A stretch of DNA of 64,000 nucleotides. Source: Bilabrum cf. latius (Eukaryota). The position numbers were made by a program, and so were the translations under genes. The stretch's first letter is position 1; each line of letters begins with the position of its first letter. Of the stretch, positions 26,804 through 41,800 are shown piece by piece. The notes beneath the pieces were generated by a model that ran no database searches, was not told the origin of the DNA, and was given only the letters and a program-made list of their open reading frames with translations. The DNA is taken from positions 558,001 through 622,000 of the forward strand of contig OZ237753.1 in NCBI GenBank assembly GCA_965178125.1, in the 5' to 3' direction.

Positions 26804-29800
26804 TCAAACCCCTGAGCCTCGCAAAATGATGTCCTCTAAAGAGACGCCGCCCCCGATCCGACCTGCTTGCTTTTGAGCACCTGGCGCCTCGCCGTCCGAT
26901 GAATCAGCAGCCCTCTTTGGCTACTCCGAGGTGCGGGAGCCATGCTCACTCTCTGACCCAGCACGCCCATCAATGCCGGCGCGTGCCGCCACTGATGCGA
27001 CCACGATGGCCCTTGCAGAGTCGCTGCCAAGCTTCCACAGGAAGAGCACGATCACCTTGCCCAGCTGCACCAAGGGTTCCTGGAGCACAATATCCACTGC
27101 AAACGCCACGAGGCTGGCTATCACCCACGCTCTCGCCTGCTCGGGCGTAAATAGGATCCCGTACAGACAGCACAGGTAGAACATGAAGCCCACCAGCACT
27201 AGCATCACCCCGTACACCAGCCCGATCATCAGGCTCCTGTCCCACCATGCCTCTTCCCAATCGTTGACCATTCGCTGCCTCCTTCGGCGGATGATTGCTC
27301 TCCGTCTTCGGAGCAGCTGCGCGATGCGACGAGCCGAGGTGCGGAACTTCTCGTCGCCGCGCATTGCCTCCACCAGCTCACTGCGAATCCGTACCTGCTC
27401 TGTTCCCCTCAGTTGAAGCCCGCCGCGGAGCCATTCAAATACGAAATACCCCACCAGCACAGCAATCGCCGGTAGCACTTGCAGGCCAAAGACAGCTGCA
27501 GCCGCCTCTGTAGCGAAAGGGAGAGACAGGGCGCCGAAAAGCGCCCCCCCGATGATCTGCAACACGATCGCAGGCACGATCGAGCACAGCGCGTTCTGGA
27601 CCCATCCCCTCCTGGACTGGATAAAGGACACTGTACCGAGCACTAGCATGGTAAACCCGACTCCTGTAAGTAGCAAGATGGACCACGCTGCCCCATCCTG
27701 ATCCGCCCACACCTCTGCGCTCAGCAGGTACAGCCCCAGCAGCATGCCAACGAATCCAGCCCACACGTACACGAGAGATATGATACCGAGTGAATTGAGC
27801 CACGGCCTAAGCCACGGCTCCGGCAGAGGAGCTCGCGCCGGCCTATCCCTGCCGGATTCTCTACCAGTCGCGGCCTCCAGGCCTGCCGCTCCAGCTAGCT
27901 GCAAGCTCCGGTATGCCCGTCTGCATGTGGCCACAAACTCAGCCTCTAGCACAGCCCAGTCCCACCTGGCACTGCCGACTCCGTCTGCATCGCTTGTGGG
28001 GGCGACCGACTCTATATCATCGCTGTCAGGCTGGAGCTTCGATGGAGCAGTGAAAGCCGCTGACTGCCTACGGACCGAAGGTCTCCGCGGTTCGATCGAG
28101 ACGGCCTTTGGTTGACTTGTTTCTCCGCGCACCAGCCGGTGAGCCAGCGCTGCTGACAGCGCGGCTAGCAGGGTGCGGCTGCTGGTTGGCACATCTGCCT
28201 CCACAGCCGTCGGGTCTTCTTCCTCCCCTTGAATACCCACTAGCAGAGCGCGGCCAAGTCTATTGACGTCCATGGATTCCCTCAGACTCCGGTCGTTTAG
28301 AGAGTTGCCGCGAGTTAGAACGCCTGGTTTTGCCACCACGTTCAGCATGACGCTCTGCACCTCCTCCGGGGTCATGATCGAGGCTCCGCCTCCCCTTCTA
28401 TACACGAACCACTCCAGTGCGGCATCGAGGTCGTTCAGCGCTCCCAGGACCGCCCTAGAAATGCGATCTGCCTGGCGAGGGCTGCACTGCGACTGGTGCC
28501 TAACGATCGTGTCATCTGCGCCTGAGCTTGAGTTGTCATCAGGGTCTCCACTGAAGCGGCCTGCGCGAACCTGGCGCATGCCGCTAATGACTACCTCGAG
28601 TGGTATTGTGGACTGGGCGTCAGGACCGCTGCTTCTGCTCGAAGCATCTTCGTCCTCATTGGAATGCTGTGATGAGCTACCAGCTGACCCAATCCATTCA
28701 CCGTTCGGGGTCTGCTAGGATCCGCCGCCAGTGTTCCCGAGATGCTCCGTTTCAACTGCGGTCGAAGCACCGCCATCATGCACTGGTGGATCGCCGTCAT
28801 CAATCTTCGAGATTCCGGCAGACCCAGCTGTAGGTGGTTTCTCCTGCAAGGCTTCCTCAGAGTTTTGATATTGTTCATGCTGCTGATTATCGTCGCCATT
28901 TTCTTCTGCTACCAAATCTCCGATAAAAGACGGAGTTTCCGCCATGACGCCCCGCCTGGCAGACTCCTGGAGGGCCTCGAGCGCCTCAGCCTTCCTACGC
29001 GCTAGCTCCTTGGATCGCTGCTGGCGGACAGCGTACGACACGTCCAGACTCTCGGCACGAAACGTGTTGATGAAAGCAAACAAGAAGGGGGACAACCGCT
29101 CGACTGGTACCATAGATACAGCAGAAATGGCTGCTGACACGAACCGGGCGGAGATTCGCTCAGCATCGCTCCCAAAGAAAATGGCGTTGATGGCCATTGA
29201 GGTCAGGCAGGTGGCCGTCAGGATCAGCAGGCGCTAGGGCCGGGTCACCACCAGCAGGTCCTCTTTTGGCGTGAAGAAGATGCTGCCCCACATGTGGCCT
29301 CGTCTCAAGGCGTCAATCCATTGCTGGGTCAGGTAGGCCACTACGAGCCAGAGTGTGCCTCTCTGGCGAAGATCCATCCACTCCTATCTGGCATCCTCCT
29401 TGTCCTGTCGAATTGCCTCTAGTTGTGCCCCGAGCCCGTCTTCCTCGCCTCGTACAGCAGCTTCAATGCGATCCAAGTCCACGTACTCCGGATACACCGC
29501 AAATAGCTCTTCTTCCAGAGAACTGGAAGCAAGATCGATCTCTGGGGCACGCTATTCGGCGGATCCACTGAGTTTGGCTCCACGTTTATCGCCAAATCCT
29601 GCTACCTGTAGCTTCTACTCGCCGGACGGAGCGGACTCATCACGAGGAGTAACCTTCATCGAATGCGCGCTTCCTGCCCTGGCCAGCTGGCCCAGAGACA
29701 CACCGGCTGCAGAGAGAGCCAGCTCTCCCTCGGTGCCTTGTCGACTTGCCCCGCTTTCAGAGGCTCCTTCGCTGGCCGCTGCCGCGTACTTAACAGCGAG

Positions 29801-32800
29801 ACTGCGCGACCTTTTCGGTGTTTCAGAGGCGTGAGACGCTGGCGAATCAGAGATATCGTCAAACTCGCTATTTGAGCCTGCTGCACTACCGTTCGACCGC
29901 ACATTTCCCCGCCTCCTCTGTTCGGCCATGATTCGGGCCCTGTATCTCTGCAGCACCTTGAGGTATACCTCAAGCTGGTCCTCGATGTGCAGCTGCTCCA
30001 TTCCCACAGCCCTCTGAATCCGTCCGAATCGAAGCATGTGGGCCTGCCTCAGCTTCCTGAGCTCGGGCCTGCGCCAGCCCTCCACGATGGCGGAAGTGAC
30101 CCAAGCAAACATAAAAGCTAACAGGAGCACTCCAAGCACAATAACTGGGAACAGGTTCTCGGGTTTCAGGTAATTTCTGAGCAGCCCAGCGTCGCCCAGA
30201 GGGTCCACTCGATTCACTGCAGGGATATCCTAGCGCACGAGAGCCGTAAAATCTGAGAGATGCGTCGTCGCACAAAGCGCGGTGCGGCGGCCCGACGATG
30301 GATCAGTCTCGATTCGCAGCAGCACCAGGCCCCTACTTGATTCTTGTTCGTAGCTAGCGCCATCCAGTCCCTGGCACACAAACGACTGAGCTGATGCGTC
30401 TGCCGAGATTGGCAGCCGGACGGCAATTGGGCAGGTTAGGCCACCAATGACCTCGTTTTCGACAGACTTCGCACTTGCAATGCCTACGCTTACAAACCCT
30501 GACGGACGTAATGGACTCGCTGTGCTCGCCGACAGAGCGTCTACCGGTGCCTGTGGAGATCTCTGCCAGTGGACGAGGCGAAGGTCAGTTGCCTCGTTAA
30601 CGGCTGCCGCTGCCCTCCCCACATTAACCGATGCAGACCTGCTTGCTATCGTGGATTGGCTCATGCTCCTTGACGTCGAGATTTGTGCCACACCTGGCAG
30701 GCTAAGGACAAGTGGTTCCTCGCCAGGCACCACATCGATCGCGGCAGAGGCAATCAGCCGCTGCAGCGTGCCGTCCGTCGACGCACGATAGGAGCTCAAT
30801 TGCTGCGACAATGTTCCTTCACTAACCTGCAAACGACGCAGCCCATGCACCCTACGCGCGTTTCGAGTCGAATTAACTGCCAGGGCTGCCTGCAGAAGCC
30901 CTTGGATTTCACGACCCAGCGTCTCCATCGATGCTAGCGCAGATGCCTGGCCAAGGGACTGATCCTGTTCACCGGTAAACATGCCCAGCAGCTCATTGAC
31001 GCCAGCCTGCTCATCGTCGGAAGATACAACGCCGCCTGAGGTTCCAATAGACCCGGGTGCAAGCCCTGCAGCTGAGATGACCTTGTCGAGCAAAGAACGC
31101 AATATCACTTGCAACAGCTCTCGGGTGCCTGGAGGCAACTCGCCTGGGTCGCTAAACAGTCCTGATACCACGCTGAGAGCTTGCTCTGCTTCATCTGGCG
31201 ATGCCTGCTCCAGCTACTGCAGAGAATTGCGAAGGACACTAACGCCGGCTGCACGAAGCTCTTGAACTCCCTGCAGCACGGCGACATCGACGTCGCACGC
31301 CCGCCCGCTCCAGTCACTATCGCATTCGCACACGGCGGTGCAGCCAACCTCATTGGATTGGAAGCAGCCTCGAGCAGATGGAAACCTTGAACAACTCCCA
31401 TGCCCGCTGCATTCCACGACAGGTACAGTTCCATCAGGAGTCGCCGTTTGCGCCCCACTAGAGGATCCTGGACACTGCAGCAAGGCATTGGAGCTGTCAG
31501 TCATTGCATCGCCTTGAATGCAACGTCCAGCAAAACATGTCGCGGAACCTCCACTCTCAGTTTGACAGCTAGATGCATTGCACGCAGGCTCACCAGCAGC
31601 CGAACTTGCGTCGCTGCTACCGACCTTGGTGATGAACGCAGCCTAGTCAGATACCGCTTGCAGCGCAGCGAGGACGTCGTCCACAGCGCGAAAAGCAGTG
31701 TCTTCCCCAAGACTAGTGATATCACCGACCAAGCCATCTAGTCTCTAGATTGCCTCGGCACTCGCGTTTGATGGAGTGTCGCTTGATTCTCCAAGCACGC
31801 GCACTACCAACGGCCGACCGTTGCTTCCATACAGTGATTGAACAGCAGCTCCAAGCTGATCTCGCACCTCTACGCTCAACACCACCACCTGCACTGCTTG
31901 AGGTGATACGGCAAGTGCGGCCCTGGCCTCCTCACTTGGAAACACCTTGACCCCATCAAGCGTCGGCGAGGTGGTAAAGCCGCGGTGCAGGGGCACAAAT
32001 TCTGCCTCTGCAAGTGGGAGCTATTCAGCACCGCCTTCCTCAGACGTAGTCGTACTAGCAGCGACAAGCTACTCTGACACAACTTGTCCGAATCGGTAGT
32101 ACCCGAAGCGATAGGAGAGCGGCATATGCTCAGATGCATCCGTCCAGCCGATGGCCTCCAGCTGCATCCCACCCTACGACAACAGCGAGATCGTGCTTTG
32201 GGATGCCGTCAGGTATCCAGAAGATGGAGGGGCATTGGTATCTACGGAAATGCTCGCTTCTACTTTCCAGTCGGCCAAATCGCTCGAAATAGATAGTCGG
32301 AACGTATATCGAGCACCTGCCTGCAGGGCACCAGGTCGCACCACTGCACCACTGAGACCGGGAACACCGCTGAAAACACTCGAACCGAGCGCGAAAGGCT
32401 GTTCGTCAATGCCCCCTTGCTGCACCACAAACTCAACGGAAGCATCGGAGGGCAAGTCACCAGGTGCCATCATTCTTCCACTGATGCGATCCAAAAACTG
32501 TGTGTTCAAAATCACCCGCCGAGCCGCATTGACCAGTGGTGTTCCATCGGCAGCCTGTACCTCTGGCAACATAGTCGAGGAGTCTAGACCCAGGCGAACG
32601 AGTGGTGGAGCGCTCTAGGAGTCCGCATTGCTGGGCAATACACCAACCGCAACATAGGCTGTTTGCTTTGACGCTGCCAGCGGGTATACGTCCTGCGACA
32701 GAGGTGCAGCCGGATTCCGAGCAATGGTCACAGAGAAAATGAGAACCGATCCTGGGCTACTCCAACCCCCTTGCAGACGCAGCATGGGACCTCTGCGGGT

Positions 32801-35800
32801 CGATTCATCTGGCGACTCTCCCCTTAGCGCGATGGGCACCTGTGTTGGCGGCAGCGCGTCGGGCGAGGTGAGATTCACTCCAGGACACGTAGTCCCAAGC
32901 GAAAACGACTCTGGCAAAGACATAATGCCGAGAGTTGCACTCGTTACAGCAGCATCACTGCTAAGGTTACGAGAAACTACTCTGCAGGACCACGAGATAG
33001 ACAATGGCCGCCTGGTCAGGTCGAGATCAGCTGACTCTCTTGCATCGAGCTCAAAATCCGCGCCCTCGGACACGAGTTGATGGAGGCCGCCGGCGATGCT
33101 TGCGCGCAACCCTGTCGGCCGAGTCACCACTCGCACTGGAGCCGATGCAGACACGGTCGAAATGGCGCCACCAAACGATAGTTGCTGCCTGACCGTAGCA
33201 ACGAGTTCGTACGTCCGACCAGGACGCAGTACGCCAGCCGGGATAGATAGCACACGGCCTCGCTGCTGAGTGTAACGCGCCAACTCAGAATCAGCCAGAC
33301 CTTGTACCGCAAGGCTGGGGTCAGACTTTCCAGCGGTTGGAGCGGCCCCTCTCATGGACCATTGCACAATATCCTGCTGCACAGACGCGTCAACGCATGT
33401 TGACGCAGTCACTCTCGTGTATATCTGGATCGGCCTCAGTGCAGAGCCCGTGACGAGCTCGCCCCCCAGCATGAAAATCTTCGGGACATTGGTGCTGAGC
33501 CTAGACACGGTGATAGTACTTTCACCCAAGGTAGGTGAAAGGAAATTCGCGACTCGGACGCGCAGCGTTACGTTGGTCGCACGCAGAGTGGCAGCGGCAG
33601 GCAATCGAACCGATGCTTGTCTGCCTTCTGGTCCTGCCAAATTGCTTCGGACAGCACTGATGTCCGCAGCAGTCACACCGCTTCCGTGCATGGATACAAG
33701 CGACCAGTAGAACTAAAGGGGTCGACCCAAACTACCGTACGACGCTTGTGCCGATGCCTCTACGACGTCACACGGACCGACCTCAGTTGGAGTTCGGATG
33801 ACAGCGACCGGGGCTTGTGCGTCTGCGCGGGGCGGCTCGACTTGCAGACATGATGCTCCCATGCTGCGAAGCGAGTGCGGTGCCGCCCGGACTTGTCCTG
33901 GTCTAAACACAATCTACGAAAGCTGGCTTGCTGCAGCGACAGAACCAGCCCTTGCGTTCGCCTCAGCCGGGCAGGCAACAACGCCATCCCACGGTCTCAA
34001 AGGCAAGACGGAGGCACCCGGACCCAGAAATATATCAAGAACCTGACTAGAGCGGAACACACACCATGCCGTCTGCCCACGCTGGCCGTTAGGTTGGGTG
34101 GCCAGCATGCCTTCGACGTTCGAGATGAGCTAGCTGCAGGGGCCAGCGAGTGAGCGAGCAGCTCCGATCACGCCATCCACTGCGCTTGCAAACGTGAATG
34201 AAATCTTTGCCCCAGAGGAGTCAAACACAGCAGATGTCGGCAGAGGGACAGGGAGCCTGTCCCGAAGCATAGCTGAGCCAGATGTGAAGCGGTAGACTGC
34301 CTCCTGGTTGGATGCCAGAGGCTAGCTAGGGCCAGCAGCTCTAATTGTGCCACTAGTCACCCTGACAGTCTGGCCAACGCTGACATGCAGAGCTCCCATT
34401 GAAACGGGCGGAACCACAACGAGGGTTGCAGGAGAGTGCCATGCACACATGACGCGGTCGGTGACAGGAGTTGCAGGCTGTACGCCCTCGGGCTACCCGA
34501 ACACCTGTTGCAAAACAGAGTCTGGCAAGAGGGGTCGTGCTCCATCATTGCACGGAAACCCACGTAATCGAACGGCAGAAATGAGGCTATTTGAAGCGCC
34601 TTGTCCGGCTAGACTTGCTGGAAGCTGCGTGGCTACCCGAGCCCCGTTCATACTGGTATCTCTGTCGAACTGCAGCAGCACAGCCTCGGCCACTTCGAGC
34701 ACCCTCGCCTGTAACAGCACGGGCGCCTCGACGAACACGATCTCTTGCACCTGCTGGACCGGTTCCACGATTTCCCGGATAACAACGGAAGTGCTATCTG
34801 GGTCTGCTAGAGGGTTATCGGACTAGCCAGACTGCATCTAAGTCGCGGAGTCGTACTCCGGATCAAAACTCGCGAGGAAAATTTGAGCCACGTTGTCAAA
34901 CCGCAGAGGGGAAGTCAGCGAGCTTGGCACCGAAACAGGCGAGGTTCGGATGGTGAACTCAATGGGTGTCTGCCAGTCGACTGGGTCCACCTCGAGCCGG
35001 CCGCTTCCTATCACGACAAGGAATCCCGTAGATGGACTTGGCTGTGTCTCGAAGGAGACCGAAACGTTAACAGTTGATGCTGGCCGGCTCCCCAGACGCA
35101 GCTGCAATCGAGCATCTCGATGTGTGAATCCAGACCCAGCTTGCTCGATTGCAACGACAATCACGTCGCGAGGCTCAAGCGACAGGCCTATCCGATCACT
35201 CTCGATCAGCGGCAGCTGCAAGGTTGCATTATTCTGAGACTCATCTGAGGCAATGCTCTTATAGACTGGGTCATTTGTTCCAGCTTCGACCACCCGGGCG
35301 GTAACTCTGACCGGCGATCGTGACGGAGTTGCGATGCCGTCAGTCTAGGTGACTACGCGAGCCACGGCAGGGGCGCTCCAGTTGGTCGGGGAGAACACCA
35401 AATCTGAAGAATCCACCATAGTGCGGGAAGCCAATGGCAAAGAATCTGGATCCAACGCCTCGATCTTGATATGCACGCGCCCAAAAGGTTCAGACGTCAG
35501 GGCTACGGCCACAAAAACCACATCTCCTTCCGCTACTGTTGGAACAACCTGATCCTAGTCAGCAGCCAGCAGCATCGTGATAAACGTTTGGTTCAGAGGA
35601 ACCCTAGAATCCGATCTAAGTTGCAATCCAGCTGGGAGCCCGCTGGATGCATCGATGGGAGCAACACCAGGAGCGCTGAGCACCAGAAAGCCCGCCTCGT
35701 CATCATCACGCTGTATGAGTTCAACGCCGATGCCCGTCAGGTACTCGCCATCACCCGACTGCACCGCGATTCTGAATTGAAGAGTCGAGCAATTACTTGT

Positions 35801-38800
35801 TGCGTCCACTCTGTTGTCTGGTATTTGTACCACCAAATCAACGAGGGAATCCCCAGCACCAAGCGACACTGAAGATATGACGCTGCCATCTGCAATCATG
35901 CTTCGAAGATCGACTCCTCTGAAGGCAAGGGGCTACAGCACCGACAATGTGCAGGCAGGGTCCTAGTCCATTCTCGAATACTCCGGGTGTGGCAGTATGC
36001 GAACAGAGGCAGCAGCGCCACCTGGGGAGCCTCCTTGCAGCTGCAGCCGCATGCCGAGCTGGACGCCTTCGTCGGCGACGACAAGCAAGCTACCGTTGCG
36101 ATAGCGCCTGCCATCTGATGCCACGCTCATTGCAGAGCTTGCTTCAAACTCAAACGTCTATATACCAACTGGAAGAGACGAACCGGGCGCAGTGGGTCCG
36201 AACGGCTGCACTGCAAGTAGTGCGATCGGTGCAGGGCTGGGGCTTGCTGAGACGGCAGCGCTTGGCGAAGGGCTTCCGGCAGGACCAGTGATGCTAGGAG
36301 CCGGGACGTGTGTGAGGGTCATGGATGCTGACTAAGTCGGCGTGCTGCTGGGGACAATTGAGGCAGTCGGTGAAGTGCTGGGCGTTGGTGTGGCGCTCGG
36401 GATGCTTCCCCCCATGAAGGCGATGTATACCGCACCTCTGTCGCTGTCCGAATTGCTTACGTCACCCGTGTCGTCACGACGTGCAGAAAATGCCAAATCC
36501 GTTCGACCGTCCCCGTCTAAGTCCCCAATCGCGGCAGCTCGCCCTAAGCGCGCGCCAGACTGCGCGATACGAGATAGACCAGCCGACTGGTAGGTGATCT
36601 TGGTGAGCGATTTGACCGGAGACGATGAACCGCCAGGGTTCATGAACAATATGTATGTGGCGCCAGAGTCCGCTGCACCCGTGTCATCCAGCGGTGCTCC
36701 CACGGCAAGGTCAGAGTGCCCATCTCCGTCCATGTCGCCGATCATTGCTACGTACCCAAACCCGGAGCCAGCCTAAATGGTGCCACTGGGGATGCCCCCC
36801 ACACCGTCTTCGACCAACTCCACAGAGCCTTGGATCACGGTGCCGTTGGAAGCAAGTCGAAACAGGGCGAGGGAATCAGAGTCTAACGAAGGAATGCACA
36901 GGTCCACAGGGTTGCCAAGAAGCCTTGGAGGAACAGCGGCAACGTCCCAGCCCATTCGAGCACTAGACAACCACCCGAGAGAAACAGTTCCACCAAGGGA
37001 TGAAGTCGTGATGACGGTGAATCGCTTCACAGTATCATCACCGTGCATAAAAAGAATGAAAACTGCTCCAGCGTTGCTGACGGGGTCGTCCCACTGAGGA
37101 GCACCGGTTGCGAGGTCCGTGAAGCCATCACGGTCAACATCACCAAGAGACGAAGTCCGGGCCCCAAATCCACTTTGTGACGGTATCATACTGGCCGGGA
37201 TCCCCCCGGATCCGCTATGAATGGGTTGCGTATAGTTTGCAGTCCCATCTGGACGCATACGAAGAATGTATAAACGACCCGCAGATACGTCAGCTCCATA
37301 CTGCCCGCATGCCAGTCGAGGCATGTGGCCATCATCACCTGCAGGCTGGTCGAAGCTGTTGCAGGATCCAAAGAAACCAGACGTGAATGCAGCAATTTCA
37401 GCCCCTCCCTGCGTGGCCGAGATCTTCTAAAAACGCTTGGCTGTGCCATTACGGTGCAGAAATATCACATAGGCGGCGCCGCTATTCAAAGCTCCATCGT
37501 CATCTAAAGCTGAGTGGGCCACGATATCAGGGACACCGTCACCATCAAGGTCACCGATTGGCCTGGGATTGCCTAGTGTGTCTCCCATGTCGAGAATCCC
37601 GGCAGGTAGCCCGCCTGCTCCATCCGCAATTTTTGTAGCCGATGTAACGAAGCCTGCGGCGGCATTGCTAGGACTTGGACTGGCACTAGGACTTGGACTA
37701 GGGCTAGCTATTAAAGACTTCGCTTTAACGATCCACATCGAGCCGGGCTCAGACCCGCCACCATCTTCGGGACGGGCACCGACTGCCAGGTCAGCAGCAC
37801 CATTGCCATCCAAGTCACCGAGACCAGCAACCGACGCGCCGAACAGATCAAGGTCGGCCAGTGTGCCTGCAAAGCCACCCTAAGTGTCAGATATCTTCAA
37901 GTGCCCATTGACCGCGCCAGTCGTGTTGAGGAACAGAATCCAAACCGCACCACGACTGGGACCGCCATCATTATCAAATGGGGCCCCCACTGCAAGATCA
38001 CGGGTGCCGTCTCCGTTTACGTCGCCTACCAGAGACATGGAGAAGCCAAAATTGATATTGACGTAAGCATTGAGGCCGCCCTGGGTTGCCGAGATCTTCT
38101 GGTGGCTCAATACGGTGCCATTCGAAGTGATGAATAAGACACGCACTGCCCCACGAGCGGGACCGCCGTCGCCATCGAAAGGACTCCCAACGGCTAGGTC
38201 AGGTGCACCATCTCGATCTAGGTCTCCAAGAGCTGCAAGCGAGTAGCCAAACTGGTCGCCGTTCTTCATACTACCATTAAAGCTGCCTTCCATGTCCGAA
38301 ATCTTCTAGTGGCCCTTCACGGTGCCATTCTCGGCAAGGAACAGGATCCACGCTGCGCCTCGGTTTGTGCCGCCATCGTCATCAAACGGTGCTCCAACAG
38401 CCAGATCCATGACACCGTCACCGTCCACGTCACCAAGAGCTGCGCTCGAAGAGCCGAACTGGTCGCCGTTGCTCAGAATTCCAGTGAAGCCGCCCTGTGT
38501 GTCTGAAATCTTTTGCTGATGCTTTGCTGCACCGCTGCTGTTCAGATACAGGATCCATACCGCGCCACGATTGGAGCCACCGTCATCATCGCGAAGGGAT
38601 CCCACGACCAGGTCGGGAACACCGTCTGCATCAAAATCACCGATTGCGCTCAGTGAATTTCCAAACCATTGGGTGCTGCTGGCCACACCGGCATCAAAGC
38701 CTCCTTGGGTGGCCGAAATCTTCTAGTGGCCCTTCACGGTGCCATTCCCAGCAAGGAACAGGATCCACACTGCGCCTCGATTTGTGCCGCCATCGTCATC

Positions 38801-41800
38801 AAGCGGCGCTCCAACAGCCAGATCCATGACACCGTCACCGTCCACGTCACCAAGAGCTGCACTCGAAAAGCCGAACTGGTCGCCGTTGTCCAAAATGCCA
38901 GTGAAGCCGCCCTACATTCGGGTGATCTTGGTCTGATCCCGCACAAACTTCGCCAGCGGGCTCGTACTTGGAGATGTGCTCGGGCTGCTGCTTGGGCTCG
39001 GGATGTGGCTCGGACTAGGACTGGGGCTCGGGCTCGCACTGGGCACGCCTCCTCCCAAAAAGGCGATGTACACAGCACCGCGATTGGGACCGCCAGTGTC
39101 GTCCCTCCTGCCACTGATTGCTAGGTCCACGCGCCCGTCACCGTCCAGATCGCCGATTGGTATGGCACCGTTGAGCTACGACCCAGCCTGCACGACGCCG
39201 TTCAGTCCTGCCGTCAGCCGCGTAAGCTTGATAAAGGACTTGACGGGCTCAGTTGCACCACCCACGTTCAAGAAGACTATGTACACAGCGCCAGACTCTG
39301 ATACTCCACTGGTGCTGTCGAAAGTAGCAGAAATGCCTAGGTCAGCTTGACCATCGCCATCGAGATCCCCCAAGGCAGACACAAGACCAAAACTAGATCC
39401 AGCCTAAATAGCACCGTTTGGAATTCCACCGACACCATCCTCAATCAACTCCACAGAGCCTTGGATCACAGTTGCATTCGCGGCAAGCCGCGCGATTGCA
39501 ACGGAGTCGGACGCGAGCGACGAGACGACGAGGTCGACGGGATTGCCAGCTTGCCTAGGAGGAAGAACTGTGAAGCTCCAGCCAAATGACGGCGGGTTGG
39601 ACCACCCGAGCGCTCCCAGGCCTCCAAAGGCAGCACTGGTCAAGATGTTGTACTCCCGTACCGTGTCATTGCCATGCATTAATAGAATAAAAATCGCACC
39701 GCCATCAGCAATGGGTTCATCCCAGCCGGGCGCACTGACAGCAAGGTCATTGAGACCATCTCCATCTACATCCCCGATATCGCCACGACTCCTTGAACCG
39801 AATGCACTATTCGTTCTCAATATTGTGTTAGGCATCCCGCCCGTTCCGCTGTATATCGCCTGAGTATGAGCCACGGTTCCATTGGGTCGCATCCGGAGGA
39901 CGTACGTGCGGCCGCTTGTCGCCGTCACATCATCCGCCCCGTACTGCCCGCACGCCAAGCGAGGTATGTGCCCACTTACGCCAGAAGGCTAGTCGAATCG
40001 GGTGCAAGCACCAAAGTACGAGTGCGGGAACTTGGCTACACCAGCCCCGCCCTCCGCGGCAGAAATCATCTAGAAATGCTTCACGGTCCCATTGCGATGC
40101 AGAAAGAGCACGTAGGCGGCCCCATTGTTCGTGTAGCCCGGCTCATCATGAAGGGCAGAGTGCACCACAATGTCAGGGATACCGTCTCCGTTGAGATCAC
40201 CGATTGGGCTTGGGCTACCGAAGGTGTCCTCATCAGCCAGCGTGTTGGCCGGGAGTCCACCCGTGCCATCGGCAATCTTGACCGCGGAGAGCACGACGCC
40301 GGCAGCGGCGGGGCTAGGGCTGGGAGTGACCGATGGGCTCGTGCTGGCAGACGGGGAAGGGGACGGGCTCGGAGTTGAGAGTAGAGCTGGCCCGACCCGG
40401 ATCTGAAACAGGTACACCGCACCTGCCCTGGGTGCTCCCGTGTTGTCATACCAGGCCCCTGCAGCCAGACTGAGAGACTAAACATCTCCATTAGCGTCAC
40501 CCAAAAGAGCCATGGCCTGGCCTAGTGCAGCATTGTTCATCGTCAAGCCATTCAGGGCTGGCACCGTAGATGATGAGATCTCCGAAAGACCAACGGCGCG
40601 TCCATCCGATCTGCGCAGTTGCATGATGTACAGGGTCCCGCGATTGATTCCGCCCATATCTGCTTCCGGAGCCGCTACCACAATTTCAACAGTTGCATCG
40701 CGCTACACATCTCCGAGGACAGCAAGGCTAGAGCCAACGTGTGTGTTGGCGCCAAAGGCGCTCGGGCCCAGGCCTCCGTTCGAGTTCGAGTAAAGTGTCG
40801 AGTTGCGGACGTACAGACTTCCGTTGGAATGCTGGTCGAATCGGACGAGTAGAACGCCTCCTACTTGCGAGCCGTTGACCACAGTATTCGGTGAGCCGAG
40901 CAGAAGGTCAGGTAGGCTGCAGAAGTCAAGAGCAGGCATGCTAACAGGCTTCCAGAAGTTGCCTAGTGTTGTTCCCATTGTTGTCCACCGCTCCAATCCA
41001 CCGCCGGCAGTCGAGCTGATTGTGGTCACTGACAGCACCGTGTCGTCGGCAGCCAAATGCAGGATGTATGCAGTTGGAGTCCCAGCCAGTGTTGTCGCAA
41101 CCACATCCAGCAGCCCGTCACCGTCCATGTCATCCAAGCCGCCTAGTGCGAATCCAAACTGTCCATTTGAACGCAGCGATCCTGATGGCAAGCCGTTGAC
41201 ACCGCTTGAGATGCGCAGGTGGGAGTGCACCAGGCCGGACGCATTCAGCCGCAGCACGTGCAAGGCCCCTTCGTTGGAATTGAATGCACGCTCACCAACG
41301 AACAGCCTCGGCATGCTGGGGTCATCTCCGAGAGGCTGGCCGCTGGGCAAGCTGCCCATGCCAGCGCCAAGGATTGATGCAAAACCAGTGTCGAATCCGC
41401 TGCTGGGATCGGTCCTTGTTGCAGTATCCTTGGCAATGACGCTGTAACTCATGACACTCCCGGATGAGTCCATGAAGCAGATAAAGATCCGGCCTCTGTT
41501 GATGCCGCCAGTGGTGGTGGCGCTGATTGCAAGATCGTCCACGCCATTGCTGTCAAGATCCCCGACATTTACCACCTCACGGCCGAAGCGATGGTCCATG
41601 TTCAACAGTCCGGACGGAAGGCCACCTTCGTTGTTGCGGATGGCAGTCACACCCATGACAGAAAGGTAAGCAACAGGGGTCGGACTCGGTGTAGCGGAGG
41701 GTGAAGGCGTTGGGGTGGGACTCGGTACAGCCCCGCCCATGAAGGCGATGTATACCGCACCTCTGTCGCTGTTTGAATCACTCGTGTTGCCGGTGTCGTC

